DNA from: Planctomycetota bacterium
GTDB taxonomy: Bacteria > Planctomycetota > UBA1135 > UBA2386
Assembly: GCA_965223545.1 (NCBI GenBank)
Contig: OZ245006.1
Location: 1,472,001-1,536,000, forward strand
Length of the DNA stretch: 64,000 nucleotides
Direction of reading: 5' to 3'
The translations under genes were made by a program, and so were the position numbers. Shown piece after piece: positions 9,943 to 19,034 of the stretch (positions are counted from its first letter, which is position 1; the number at the start of each line of letters is the position of its first letter). The notes beneath the pieces were generated by a model. The model saw only the letters and a list, made by a program, of their open reading frames with translations, was not told the DNA's origin and ran no database searches.

Positions 9943-10680
9943 TCAGCGGAAGGGGTTGCCGATCCAGCGCGCCTCGAACACGCGGCGGTCGGCGTCGACC
10001 GGCTCGGTGTCCACCTCCAGCGCCGAGAACACGGAGTAGCCCACGCCACTGGCCTCGAACTGGCTGCCGAAGTCGATCAGCGTCGCCCCGTGCTCGCCGG
10101 CGCGGAACCAGTGCACGTTGTCGCGGGTGCGGGTCAGGTGGCTGACGCGACCTGGCGTGAGGCGGGCGGCCCGCGACTCGATCACGCGAAAGTTGGCCGA
10201 GGGCCCCGGATCGACCGGCGCGACCTCGTCGAGCGGTTCGTAGTGGCGCGTGACGCAGTCGCCCTCGAGCACGAGGGAGACGAAGTCGTAGCCGACGTGA
10301 TTGTGCGCCGGGATCACCGCACCGCCCGCCAGCTGCAACTCCACCACCAGCAGGCCGTTCTCGCCCCAGGCACCGCCGCTCTTGACGCCGTCGCGCTCGA
10401 AGCCCGCACGCCGCATCCGCGGCACGGCGTCGACCGGCAGTGACCGCAACGCCGCGCACAGCCGGTGGACGTAGCGGTCCTCGTCCGGGGTTTCCTCCGC
10501 CAACAGCTCGCGCCAGAGCTCGCCCCACTCGCGGGAGAAGCGGGCGAACGGATCGCGGGTGCGCGCGTCCGCACCAGCGCGCAACAGCCCCGCCAACCCG
10601 AGCCCGGCAAGCCCGGCGAGGGTTCCCTTGATCGCGGTGCGCCGGCTGGCGCGAACAGTGGTGTCGTGGTCCTGGCTCAT
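9943..10680 (-). CDS. Putative Tat-exported cupin, thiol dioxygenase-like (PCO/ADO-like)
   Basis: SRRTAIK plus hydrophobic stretch; VIPAHNH and DNVHWFRAG..LID cupin motifs. Confidence 0.65.
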   Translation of the reverse strand: MSQDHDTTVRASRRTAIKGTLAGLAGLGLAGLLRAGADARTRDPFARFSREWGELWRELLAEETPDEDRYVHRLCAALRSLPVDAVPRMRRAGFERDGVKSGGAWGENGLLVVELQLAGGAVIPAHNHVGYDFVSLVLEGDCVTRHYEPLDEVAPVDPGPSANFRVIESRAARLTPGRVSHLTRTRDNVHWFRAGEHGATLIDFGSQFEASGVGYSVFSALEVDTEPVDADRRVFEARWIGNPFR

Positions 10681-10730
10681 GTCGCGCACCAGCCTCGCAG
10701 CGAAGGACGATGCGCGCTTGTCCGATCGTG

Positions 10731-11627
10731 CTAAGTCGGCCGCGAACGACGCCACGCCGAAGGCGCACAACCGAAGTGCCGGCGAAACACCCGGCTGAAC
10801 GTCGCCGGGCTCGCGTAGCCCACCGCGGCGGCGACGTCGGCCACCGGAGCGCCTCCCCGCCGCAGCAAGTCCGCGGCGGCGCGCATGCGCGCCTGCTGCA
10901 GGTAGCGACCGGCGGAGATCCCGAACACCGCCGCGAACGTGCGCTGAAAGTGATACGGCGACATGCACGCCACGCCGGCGAGGTCGACCACCGTCCACGG
11001 ATCGCGAAGGCTGGCCTCGATGCAGTCGCGGACGCGGTGCACGCGGCGATAGAGCTCGGTCCGGGTCGATGCCCGCGCGGCGGCGACGCGCCCCGCCGCT
11101 GACGCGTCCTGATCCCGCCAGCGCAGGAGCTCGGCGGCCAGGGCGTAGAACGGCTCTTCCAGCGCCATCGGCTCGCCGCGATCGGCGCGAAGCGCCGCGT
11201 GTAGAGTGCGCAGCGTGCGCGCGGCACGACCGTGCTTGTCGTGACTGCGCTCGACGAACGGCCGCGGAGCAGCGCGTGCCTCCGGATCGTCCAGCAACGC
11301 CGCCGGACCGCGCTCGGCGAGGGCGGCGACGTGCTCGACGAAGCCGTCGGCGAAGAACACGGCCAACGTCTCGGTGCGCGGCTGCGGATAGATGTCGAGG
11401 GAGTACTCGGTGCCGCGGTCGAGCACGACGACGCGCTCCGCATCCACGCGGTACCGCGCACGTCGCGTCTGGTACCACGCCTCGCCGCGAACGACGGATT
11501 TCACCGTCAAGCCGGTCTCGAACCCGGGATCGTGGTAGCCCGCCGGTCGGCCGTTGAGGACGGTGTTGGCCACCCGCACGACCGAGCGGCCCGGATTGAC
11601 GTGCACCGAGAACGCACCCGCCGTCAT
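10731..11627 (-). CDS. AraC family transcriptional regulator
   Basis: C-terminal double HTH: LAGVACMSPYHFQRTF..VADVAAAVGYASPATFSRVFRRHFGCAPS. Confidence 0.92.
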   Translation of the reverse strand: MTAGAFSVHVNPGRSVVRVANTVLNGRPAGYHDPGFETGLTVKSVVRGEAWYQTRRARYRVDAERVVVLDRGTEYSLDIYPQPRTETLAVFFADGFVEHVAALAERGPAALLDDPEARAAPRPFVERSHDKHGRAARTLRTLHAALRADRGEPMALEEPFYALAAELLRWRDQDASAAGRVAAARASTRTELYRRVHRVRDCIEASLRDPWTVVDLAGVACMSPYHFQRTFAAVFGISAGRYLQQARMRAAADLLRRGGAPVADVAAAVGYASPATFSRVFRRHFGCAPSAWRRSRPT

Positions 11628-11829
11628 CTCAGCGCGGCCGGGGCCGGAGCCAAAGACCGAGCGCACCGCGACAGTAGCGGAGCCCGCGAATCCACCGGTG
11701 CCGGACGGCCGCGCTGAGCGCAGACGCCAGTGTTGCTTTCGAGCGTCCGGGAGTTGCGGTATAGAAGTCCTGACGACAACCGGCCTTCGGAAAGGTTGTC
11801 GCCACGCGGAGGTTCTCGGCCCCGGACGC

Positions 11830-12990
11830 TCAACGCGCCGCCGCCGGAGCCCAATCGACCCGCATCAGCTGACCGGCGACGTAGCCGTCGACCGGAGTCA
11901 GCCGCACCGGAAGGCCCCACTCGGGCACGCCGGGCCGCCGCCACAGACGCGCGGGCAGCTCGACGACGCTCGGCCCGACGCTGCGCACCGTGGTCCGCGC
12001 GACCGCGCCTGGGCGCGCGGGGTCCTCGACCCCGACCTCTTGGTCCGGCACCACCACGCCCGCCGCCGCAGGCGGCAGATAGGCGACGATCGCGTCGGGG
12101 TGCCGCGCCACCACGGTGACCAACACCTCACCGGCGGCGACGAACTGCCCCTCGAGCCGCGCCACGCTCTCGACCGTGCCGGCCACCGGCGCGCGCAGCG
12201 CCAATCGCTGGCGCTCCAGTGCGATCTGCTCCAGCTCGACCTCTTGTGCCTGCACCTGCCAGCGCCGCGGCGCCAACAACACTTCTTGCCCCGCCATCCG
12301 CTCCCCGCCGGCAACCGCTTCCGCCGCGGCCACCCGGCTCTCCGTGGCCTCGGCGCGGCCTCGCTGCGCATCCACCTCGCGGCGCAAGTCGACGACCCGC
12401 TGCGCCCAGGCATCGTGGTCGGTCTGCAGCTTGTTGAGCGCCGAGGGCGAGGCCACTCCGCTCTCGCCCAACACGTCCACCCGCTCGAGCTCGATCGCGA
12501 CACCGCGCTGGCGGATGATCGCCTCCTCGAGATCGGCACGCGCCTGCAGCAGCTCGATGGCGGCTTCCTCTCGATCGACGTACAAGCGCCGGTCGACTCC
12601 CGATCGCTGCACGACGTCCGCGGCGGTGACCGCCAAGCGCTCCGCCTCCGCTTCGACCTCGGCCTGCAGTCGCGAGAGCTCGTGCCGAGCGCGCGTCAGC
12701 CGCAGCACGAGTTGGTCGTCCGACAACCGGCCGATGAGCTGACCGGCGTCTACAGCCTCGTGCACGCCGACCGCCAAGACCTGGACGATTCCGGCGGCGG
12801 GCGCGACGACCGAGTGGCGCGCGGCTTCGACGACGGCGGGCGCGGTGCCCGCCAACGGCTGCTGCCGCAGCAGGAGCAGCACCACTGCGAGCGCGCCCAG
12901 CCACACCATCAACGGCACCGCGCGGAACGCGCTACGCCGCAAGCGGCGCGCCAGCGAAGTGCGCGCCAACCGAGGAGCGCCGTCGGTCAT
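11830..12990 (-). CDS. HlyD-family periplasmic adaptor (membrane fusion protein)
   Basis: N-terminal TM; VVAPAAGIV..V.VHEAVDAGQ; long coiled coil; LRAPVAGTV..GQFVAAGEVL. Overlaps the upstream stop by ATGA. Confidence 0.85.
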   Translation of the reverse strand: MTDGAPRLARTSLARRLRRSAFRAVPLMVWLGALAVVLLLLRQQPLAGTAPAVVEAARHSVVAPAAGIVQVLAVGVHEAVDAGQLIGRLSDDQLVLRLTRARHELSRLQAEVEAEAERLAVTAADVVQRSGVDRRLYVDREEAAIELLQARADLEEAIIRQRGVAIELERVDVLGESGVASPSALNKLQTDHDAWAQRVVDLRREVDAQRGRAEATESRVAAAEAVAGGERMAGQEVLLAPRRWQVQAQEVELEQIALERQRLALRAPVAGTVESVARLEGQFVAAGEVLVTVVARHPDAIVAYLPPAAAGVVVPDQEVGVEDPARPGAVARTTVRSVGPSVVELPARLWRRPGVPEWGLPVRLTPVDGYVAGQLMRVDWAPAAAR

Positions 12991-13676
12991 GGCTCCTCGG
13001 TCCGCCCGTGCATCAACAGACTCACGCTCCCGACGCCCGGCAGGCTGCGCACGTCCTCGAGCAGGACCGATGACTGGTCGACATCGCGCAACCGCAGCTG
13101 ATAGGCGAACTCGACGCCCGCGCCGGTGCCGGTCTCGCGCAGCTGCAACAACGCGAAGCTGCGGCAGTAGTGCGCCAGGACGCGACGCAGCGGCGCCTCG
13201 TCTCCGCCGCCGTCGTCGAGCCGGAAGCGCAGCACACCATCCGAGTCGATGCGCTCGCCGAACCGCGACGCGGCCAGGTAGAGCGCGATCAGCAGTGCGA
13301 ACACCGTGCCGACCGCCGCCAGCGCCAGGTTGCGCGTTCCAACCGCGATGCCGACCGCCACGGCGAGGAACAAGAACGCGGTGTCGCGGGCGTCCTTGAT
13401 GGGCGTGCGGAAGCGGATCAACGCCAGCGCGCCGAACAGACCGAACGCGCCGGCGAGGTTGTTGCCGATCGCCAGCATGACGAGCGTGACGATCAAGCTG
13501 AGCAGAACCAGCGACTGCACTTGGGCACGCGAGTAGGACATGCCGTGGTGCGTCCAGACGTAGACCCACGCCACCAGCTGGCCGAGGACGAACGAGCACG
13601 CCAGGTGCAGGAGCGCGTCCGCCGCGTTGATGTCGCCCACCGGCGCGGCCAGCCACGTGTCCAACCACTCGTTCAC
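12987..13676 (-). CDS. DUF4956 family membrane protein
   Basis: IGNNLAGAFGLFGALALIRFRTPIKDARDTAFLF signature; several TM helices. Confidence 0.92.
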   Translation of the reverse strand: MNEWLDTWLAAPVGDINAADALLHLACSFVLGQLVAWVYVWTHHGMSYSRAQVQSLVLLSLIVTLVMLAIGNNLAGAFGLFGALALIRFRTPIKDARDTAFLFLAVAVGIAVGTRNLALAAVGTVFALLIALYLAASRFGERIDSDGVLRFRLDDGGGDEAPLRRVLAHYCRSFALLQLRETGTGAGVEFAYQLRLRDVDQSSVLLEDVRSLPGVGSVSLLMHGRTEEP

Positions 13677-14413
13677 TGCACTCCCTCGTCTGGCAAGTAT
13701 CCGTGGCTCGCGGCGACCTCGATCGAGTGACCGTACTTGGAGAACGACTGGCGCGCCAACCCGAAGCGGTGGACGACGGTCTGCATCCAGCCGGGGCAGC
13801 GATCGTTGAACTTGAGCTCCAGCACCACGCGACGACCGAGCACGGTGGCGAAGCCGGAGGCTTCCAACGGCACCGTCAACTGATCGGTGGCCAGCGTGCG
13901 CAGCCGCCGATCGAAGGTGACGCGCACCTCGGGGTCGAACAGGCCGACATAGGCCTCGCGGTCGTAGCGCACGACCACGGTCGGGCGGGCATCCAGCGCG
14001 TGCACCAAGCCGCGAAACTCGTCGCGGATCCCGCTCTGCCGCTCGCTAAGCGGCGGGGCGTCGGTCGCCGTGCCGTCGAGCACGGAGGCCAGCAAACGGC
14101 GTGGCACCGGGCAGCGGCTCTTCGCCACCAGGCCACCGGCGCGGCGCTTGATCTCCAGGAACAGCGGGTGCTCGGGATCCTCGTCGTAGCCGCGGATGCG
14201 CAGCTTGAACCGGCGGTCCTGACCCTCGACGGTTTCGCGGTAGAGGGGGAGTCCGGCGGAGTCGAGGTAGAGGCTGGCGATGGCATACTCGCCGGTGGGG
14301 CTGCGTGCGGCGTAGGCGTCGGGCTCGATGAACGGGCGCAGCGCCGCGCGCACCTCCGCCGCGAGTGCCTCGTCGATCTCGTACTTGCACTCGTGGCGGC
14401 GCACGCGAACCAT
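13673..14413 (-). CDS. VTC-domain polyphosphate polymerase-like protein
   Basis: RHECKY, SLYLDS, RFKLRIRGY, FLEIKRR, YDREAY, RVTFD, VLELKF, FSKY. Start may lie slightly upstream. Confidence 0.92.
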   Translation of the reverse strand: MVRVRRHECKYEIDEALAAEVRAALRPFIEPDAYAARSPTGEYAIASLYLDSAGLPLYRETVEGQDRRFKLRIRGYDEDPEHPLFLEIKRRAGGLVAKSRCPVPRRLLASVLDGTATDAPPLSERQSGIRDEFRGLVHALDARPTVVVRYDREAYVGLFDPEVRVTFDRRLRTLATDQLTVPLEASGFATVLGRRVVLELKFNDRCPGWMQTVVHRFGLARQSFSKYGHSIEVAASHGYLPDEGVQ

Positions 14414-14605
14414 GCCGCGCTCGCGGCCGACGTTGGGCTGGACCCTCGACACGCGGCGTAAGATACGCTGGGCACCCGGCCGTTGCCGAGCCCCGAGGCG
14501 GGAACCGGGCCACCCCGGGGCGGGACGGTGCAGGAGCGTTACAGCGTTGACAAGGGAGCCGCCGCACCACCGCTTCGCGGCGGCGAATCCAAAACAGGTT
14601 GCCCG

Positions 14606-16207
14606 ATGGTGCGAAACTCCGTCCTGCTCGCATTCTCCCTGGCTGCCGCGCCCGCAGCCCAACCGCCCGGCCAACCCAATGTCGTGCTGCTGATGGCCGA
14701 CGATTTGGGCTGGGGCGACGTGCGGTTCAACCGCGCTGCGGCTCGGGCGCGAACTCCCCATCTCGAAGCAATTGCGCGCGACAGCATCGTGTTCGACCGC
14801 TTCTACGCGCAAAGCCCGGTGTGCAGCCCGACGCGGGCGAGCGTTCTCACCGGGCGGCATCCGGCGCGGATGGCGATCCACGGCGCCAACGTCGGGCATC
14901 TGCCACGGTCGGAGACGACGCTGGCCGAGCTGCTGCGCGCGCAGGGGTACCGCACCGGACACTTCGGCAAGTGGCACCTCGGCACGCTCACCCGCGATGT
15001 GGCCGACAGCAACCGCGGCGGGCCGCGCGGTGCGGAGCACTACTCGCCGCCGGCGCAGCACGGCTTCGATGTGTGCTTCTCGACCGAAGCCAAGGTGCCG
15101 ACCTTCGACCCACTGCGGCGCCCCGCGTCGTGGCGAAATCGGCCGGAAGGCAGGTACGCCCATCGCCAGTTCGGATGGGACAGTTTGACCGAAGACGAGC
15201 CGTGGACAGCGTACGGCACCCGCTACTGGAATGCGGCGGGTGAAGAGGAACAGGCGCAGCTCCGCGGCGATGACAGCGCACTGCTCGCCGCGCGCGCCGT
15301 CACCTTCATCGAAGACTGCGTCGCCCGCCGGCAGCCGTTCCTCGCGGTCGTGTGGTTCCATGCCCCGCACTTGCCGGTCGTCGCCAGCGATGCGGACCGA
15401 GGCCTCTACGCCGACGCGGGCTCGTACCGGGCGAGCTACTTCGGCTGCATCACGGCCATGGACCGCGCCGTCGGCCACATCGATCGCGCCCTGCACCGGC
15501 TCGGAATCACCGACGACACGATCTTGGCGTTCACTTCCGACAACGGTCCCGAAGGAGACGACAACGCACCGGGCTCCGCCGGTCCGTTTCGTGGGCGCAA
15601 GCGCAGTCTGCTGGAAGGCGGAGTGCGCGTGCCGGGCTTGCTGCGTTGGCCGGCGCGATGGCCGCAGGGGCGGCGGTTGCGCAGGCTCGCGGCGTGCACA
15701 GTCGACACAATGCCGACGATCGCGGCCGCGGTGGGAGTGCCGATCCCGGCTTCACTGCGCGGCACGCTCGACGGCATCGACCTCCTACCGTTGATCGACG
15801 CGGACCGCCGCAGACCACGCGGCCTCGGGTTCGTGACGCACCGCCAGACGGCGTGGCACGCGGGCGCGTTCAAGCTGCTGAGCGAGCGGACGGACACCGA
15901 TTGGCTCTGGCAACTGTTCGACCTCGACGCGGATCCGGGCGAGACGCGCGATTTGAGAACGGCGATGCCCGAGCGCACCGCGGTGATGCGAGCCGCGCTG
16001 GCGCGGTGGCAGGCGGGATTGGTGACGGGGGAAGGGGGCGGGAGTGATGAAACGGAGCCTGGCTCCGTACGTTCACACCTCGGTGAGCGGCGCGGTGCGG
16101 ATCCGGGAGGGGTCGATCACGGCGGCGACGGCGGTCGAGACCGAGCCGATCGAGAACAGGAGGCCGCGGCGCGGGCGCGAGGGGTGGGCTGCCAGGGCGG
16201 CGTGTAG
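14606..16207 (+). CDS. Sulfatase (FGly-type), secreted
   Basis: PNVVLLMADDLG, CSPTRASVLTG, GKWHLG, SDNG, EGGVRVP. The last ~50 aa overlap the convergent gene and look spurious. Confidence 0.9.
   Translation: MVRNSVLLAFSLAAAPAAQPPGQPNVVLLMADDLGWGDVRFNRAAARARTPHLEAIARDSIVFDRFYAQSPVCSPTRASVLTGRHPARMAIHGANVGHLPRSETTLAELLRAQGYRTGHFGKWHLGTLTRDVADSNRGGPRGAEHYSPPAQHGFDVCFSTEAKVPTFDPLRRPASWRNRPEGRYAHRQFGWDSLTEDEPWTAYGTRYWNAAGEEEQAQLRGDDSALLAARAVTFIEDCVARRQPFLAVVWFHAPHLPVVASDADRGLYADAGSYRASYFGCITAMDRAVGHIDRALHRLGITDDTILAFTSDNGPEGDDNAPGSAGPFRGRKRSLLEGGVRVPGLLRWPARWPQGRRLRRLAACTVDTMPTIAAAVGVPIPASLRGTLDGIDLLPLIDADRRRPRGLGFVTHRQTAWHAGAFKLLSERTDTDWLWQLFDLDADPGETRDLRTAMPERTAVMRAALARWQAGLVTGEGGGSDETEPGSVRSHLGERRGADPGGVDHGGDGGRDRADREQEAAARARGVGCQGGV
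16044..16074 (-). repeat. REP-like palindromic element, copy 1
   Basis: Minus strand GAACGTACGGAGCCAGGCTCCGTTTCATCAC; 30/31 identical to the copy at 21366. Confidence 0.8.
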
Positions 16208-17149
16208 GTTGAGCGGCCCCATCGCCGGGCCGCAGTTGGCGAACTCGGAATAGGTCGAGGCGACGGATTCGCGGGGTACGTCGAGGACCTGGGCGAACAT
16301 GTCGGCGAACCAGGCCATCGGTGTGTTGGGGACGTAGATGCCGACCTGGTCGCGGTTGAGGCCGGCGGCGCGCAGGGCGGCGCCGCAGGCGGTCTCGATC
16401 GCTTCGGGGGTGAACTCGCGCAGAATGCGGCTGGCCTCCTTGCCGGCGCGGATGTGCCGGCGCGGGACCCCGTCGGCGGACTGGTCCACGTCGACGCGGA
16501 AGGCGCCGCACGAGTGCGCGGTCGACACCGCGTGGAAGCCCATCAGCCCCGGAGAGTCCGCGGGTCCGACGACGTAGGCGCCGGCGCCGTCGCCGAGAAA
16601 CCAGCTGATCGAGTCGCTCCAGTCGGCAACGCGGCTGTAGACGCAGCACACCACGACCAGGATCCGTCGCGCTTGACCCGCGTGGATCATCGAGCCCGCG
16701 AGCTGTAGGCCGGCCATCGCGCCGCTGCACGCGCTCTCGAGATTCCACGCCGGCACGCGCCAGCAGAGGGCCTTCATCAAGAACGCCGCGTCGCCGACGG
16801 CGGGCTCCATTGAAGGAAAGCCGGCCACCAACACCAAGTCGATGTCGTCGACGCCGATCTCGGCGGCGGCGAGCGCGTCGCGGGCCGCCGCCATCTCGAG
16901 GTCGATCGCGGTGTGCTCGTCGGCCAAGATGCGCCGCACTCGAGTACCGCGGAACGGGTCCTCCAGGTAGGGGCGCATCGTGCTGTCGAACGAAGCGGAT
17001 CCCTCTGCCGCAGCCGTGTCGTTCATGACGCGGGCCAGGGTCTGGCGTTCGACGCGCTGCAAGACGTCGGGGAACCGCTCGGCGAACCAGGAGTTGTCTC
17101 GCACGGTTCTGGGCACGGCCACCGCCACCGACTCGATTCTCGCGTTCAT
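16073..17149 (-). CDS. FabH/KAS III-like enzyme, furanolide synthase (CybF)-like
   Basis: PYLEDPFRG, AWNLESACSG (Cys), SWFLGDGAGA, YVPNTPMAW (Asn where FabH has His), FANCGP (Asn). Confidence 0.85.
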   Translation of the reverse strand: MNARIESVAVAVPRTVRDNSWFAERFPDVLQRVERQTLARVMNDTAAAEGSASFDSTMRPYLEDPFRGTRVRRILADEHTAIDLEMAAARDALAAAEIGVDDIDLVLVAGFPSMEPAVGDAAFLMKALCWRVPAWNLESACSGAMAGLQLAGSMIHAGQARRILVVVCCVYSRVADWSDSISWFLGDGAGAYVVGPADSPGLMGFHAVSTAHSCGAFRVDVDQSADGVPRRHIRAGKEASRILREFTPEAIETACGAALRAAGLNRDQVGIYVPNTPMAWFADMFAQVLDVPRESVASTYSEFANCGPAMGPLNLHAALAAHPSRPRRGLLFSIGSVSTAVAAVIDPSRIRTAPLTEV

Positions 17150-18897
17150 GACTGGCTCCGCAGGGCAGGGTCAGCGCGGTCTTGCGACCGGCTGTCGCTA
17201 CTGAATTGGCGCAGCGCGGCGATGCGCTGCGAGCCGTCGAGACGCACGTCGGGATCGGTGCGCACATCGAGCACGACCGGACCACCGCCGAGTCGCAAGC
17301 CCTGGCGCAGCGCGTCCTCGTCGCGGACGACCCGCGCTCGCACGCCGAACCCAGCGGCCACAGCGGTGAAGTCGACCGGTGCGAGACTGCAGTCGACGGC
17401 GATGCCGTACTGGTCGCGCAACCCGTGCTTGCACATGTTGAAGGCGGCGTCGTTGATGATGACGAAGGTCACCGGCACTTGCAGGCGGGCGGCGGACTGC
17501 AGCTCCAGGCCGGCCATCAGGAAGCCACCGTCGCCGCAGATCGCGAACACGCGGCGCTGCGGCGCGCCGAGCGCGTGGCCGATCGCGGACACGACTCCCG
17601 ACCCCATGGCGGCGAAGCCGAGGCTGGTGAAGAAGGAACCCGGCGTCGCCGGTCGGAGGTAGTGCAGCGCCATCGCCAGGTGCTCGCCGATGTCGGCGGT
17701 GAACACCGCGTCGGGCGGGCATTCGGCGTTCATCGCCTCGATCACCTGGGGCGTGGTGAGCAGGCCCGCGCGCGAGCCGCCGAGCTGTTGGCGGCGAGGC
17801 GCGACGGGTGCGCGACGGGGCAGTGGCCGGGCCAAGCGCGCGCCGATGCAACGGAGGGCGGCGCTCGCCTCGCCGACAATGCCGAGATCCACCTCGTAGT
17901 TGCGGCCGAATGCCTGCGGATCGAGGTCGATCTGGACGAACGCGGTGGAAGGCCGCAGCGCATCGCTCCACGCGTTGGTCGCCAGGTCATCCAGGCTCGA
18001 GCCGACCACCAGCACCACGTCGACGCCGCTTCGCAGGTAGTCGATGACGCTGTCGTGGCCACCGAAACCGAGCACGCCGAGGAACAGCGGGCTGTCCTCG
18101 GCAAACCCGCCCTTGCCCTTGGGCGTGACCGCGACGGGGCACTGCGCGCGCTCGGCCAGTGCCGCCGCGGCATCGCGCACCGCAGCGTCGCGGCCAGCGG
18201 CGCCGAGCAACAGGAATGGGCGCTGCGCGGTGGCGAGCAAGTCGGCGACGCGGCCACACGCCGCGGCGTCGGGCGCCGGCGCGGCCGGGACGGGGTCGGC
18301 ACGCAGGACGGGAGCGGCCAGCTCGACGTTGCCGACGTCGATCGGCAGGGACAAGAACGCCGGTCCACGGCGCCCGTTGTGCATCGAAGACCACTCCGAC
18401 AGCAGCGTGCCCACCGCCGCCGCCGGCCGAACGAGCCGCGCGGCGAAGCGCGTCACGGGCCGCGCCAGCGCCACCGCGTCACAGCCGTGTGGCGACCCCT
18501 CCTGCAGCGCGCCGCGGCCGAACGCCGTCGTCGCCACTTCACCGGCGATGACCAGCACCGGGATCCCGTCGGCGTGTGCGCTCGCGATGCCGGTGAGCGC
18601 GTTGGTCAAGCCCGGTCCCGACGTCACCAGCACCAAGGCCGGCCGACCCGTGGCGAGCGCGTGGCCCATCGCCAGATAGACCGCGTGGCTCTCCTGCACG
18701 ACGTGGTGCACCCGAATGGCCGACTGCTGCGCGAGCTCGGCGTAGAGCCGCGAGATGGTGCCCCCCGGAATGCCGAACACCGTGTCCACTCCGAGCCGCG
18801 TCAAGGTGTCGACCAACTGGCGCGACACCGACGGGATCGGCGCGACCTCGAGGTCTGGTGGCGAGAGGCGGGGGCGCTCTTTGCGGGTCAGCAACAT
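17146..18897 (-). CDS. ThDP-dependent acetolactate synthase-like enzyme (possible acyloin synthase, CybE-like)
   Basis: VFGIPGG, VTSGPGLTN, ADIGEH, AAMGSG, GDGGFLM..IIND. ATGA overlap with the KAS III-like gene; no ilvN regulatory subunit. Confidence 0.88.
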   Translation of the reverse strand: MLLTRKERPRLSPPDLEVAPIPSVSRQLVDTLTRLGVDTVFGIPGGTISRLYAELAQQSAIRVHHVVQESHAVYLAMGHALATGRPALVLVTSGPGLTNALTGIASAHADGIPVLVIAGEVATTAFGRGALQEGSPHGCDAVALARPVTRFAARLVRPAAAVGTLLSEWSSMHNGRRGPAFLSLPIDVGNVELAAPVLRADPVPAAPAPDAAACGRVADLLATAQRPFLLLGAAGRDAAVRDAAAALAERAQCPVAVTPKGKGGFAEDSPLFLGVLGFGGHDSVIDYLRSGVDVVLVVGSSLDDLATNAWSDALRPSTAFVQIDLDPQAFGRNYEVDLGIVGEASAALRCIGARLARPLPRRAPVAPRRQQLGGSRAGLLTTPQVIEAMNAECPPDAVFTADIGEHLAMALHYLRPATPGSFFTSLGFAAMGSGVVSAIGHALGAPQRRVFAICGDGGFLMAGLELQSAARLQVPVTFVIINDAAFNMCKHGLRDQYGIAVDCSLAPVDFTAVAAGFGVRARVVRDEDALRQGLRLGGGPVVLDVRTDPDVRLDGSQRIAALRQFSSDSRSQDRADPALRSQS

Positions 18898-19034
18898 CGG
18901 ACAACTCCGTTTCGTTGCTGGTCCACCCGGCGCCGGGCCGGAGCGTCACGGGGTTTCTTCGATTCTGCGCGACAGGGCGGGGCGGCGAGGGCGGTGCGGC
19001 GGGCGCAGCGGGGAAACCGAGGGCGAATCCATAC

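Noticed and set aside
11769..11801. CTGACGA..GAAA resembling a hammerhead ribozyme core
   Set aside because: Stem II and stem III pairings cannot be built. The segment folds better as a single hairpin (CGACAACC/GGTTGTCG), possibly a terminator for the HlyD operon.
16021..16207. 135-bp overlap of the sulfatase 3' end with the convergent KAS III-like gene
   Set aside because: The extension is not sulfatase-like. One extra G in the G-runs at 16027-16043 would give a stop at about 16045, so an indel or lost stop is more likely than a functional overlap.
17146..18897. Calling this gene housekeeping ilvB, and 16073-17149 fabH
   Set aside because: There is no ilvN/ilvC or plsX/fabD context, and the KAS III lacks the catalytic His of FabH.
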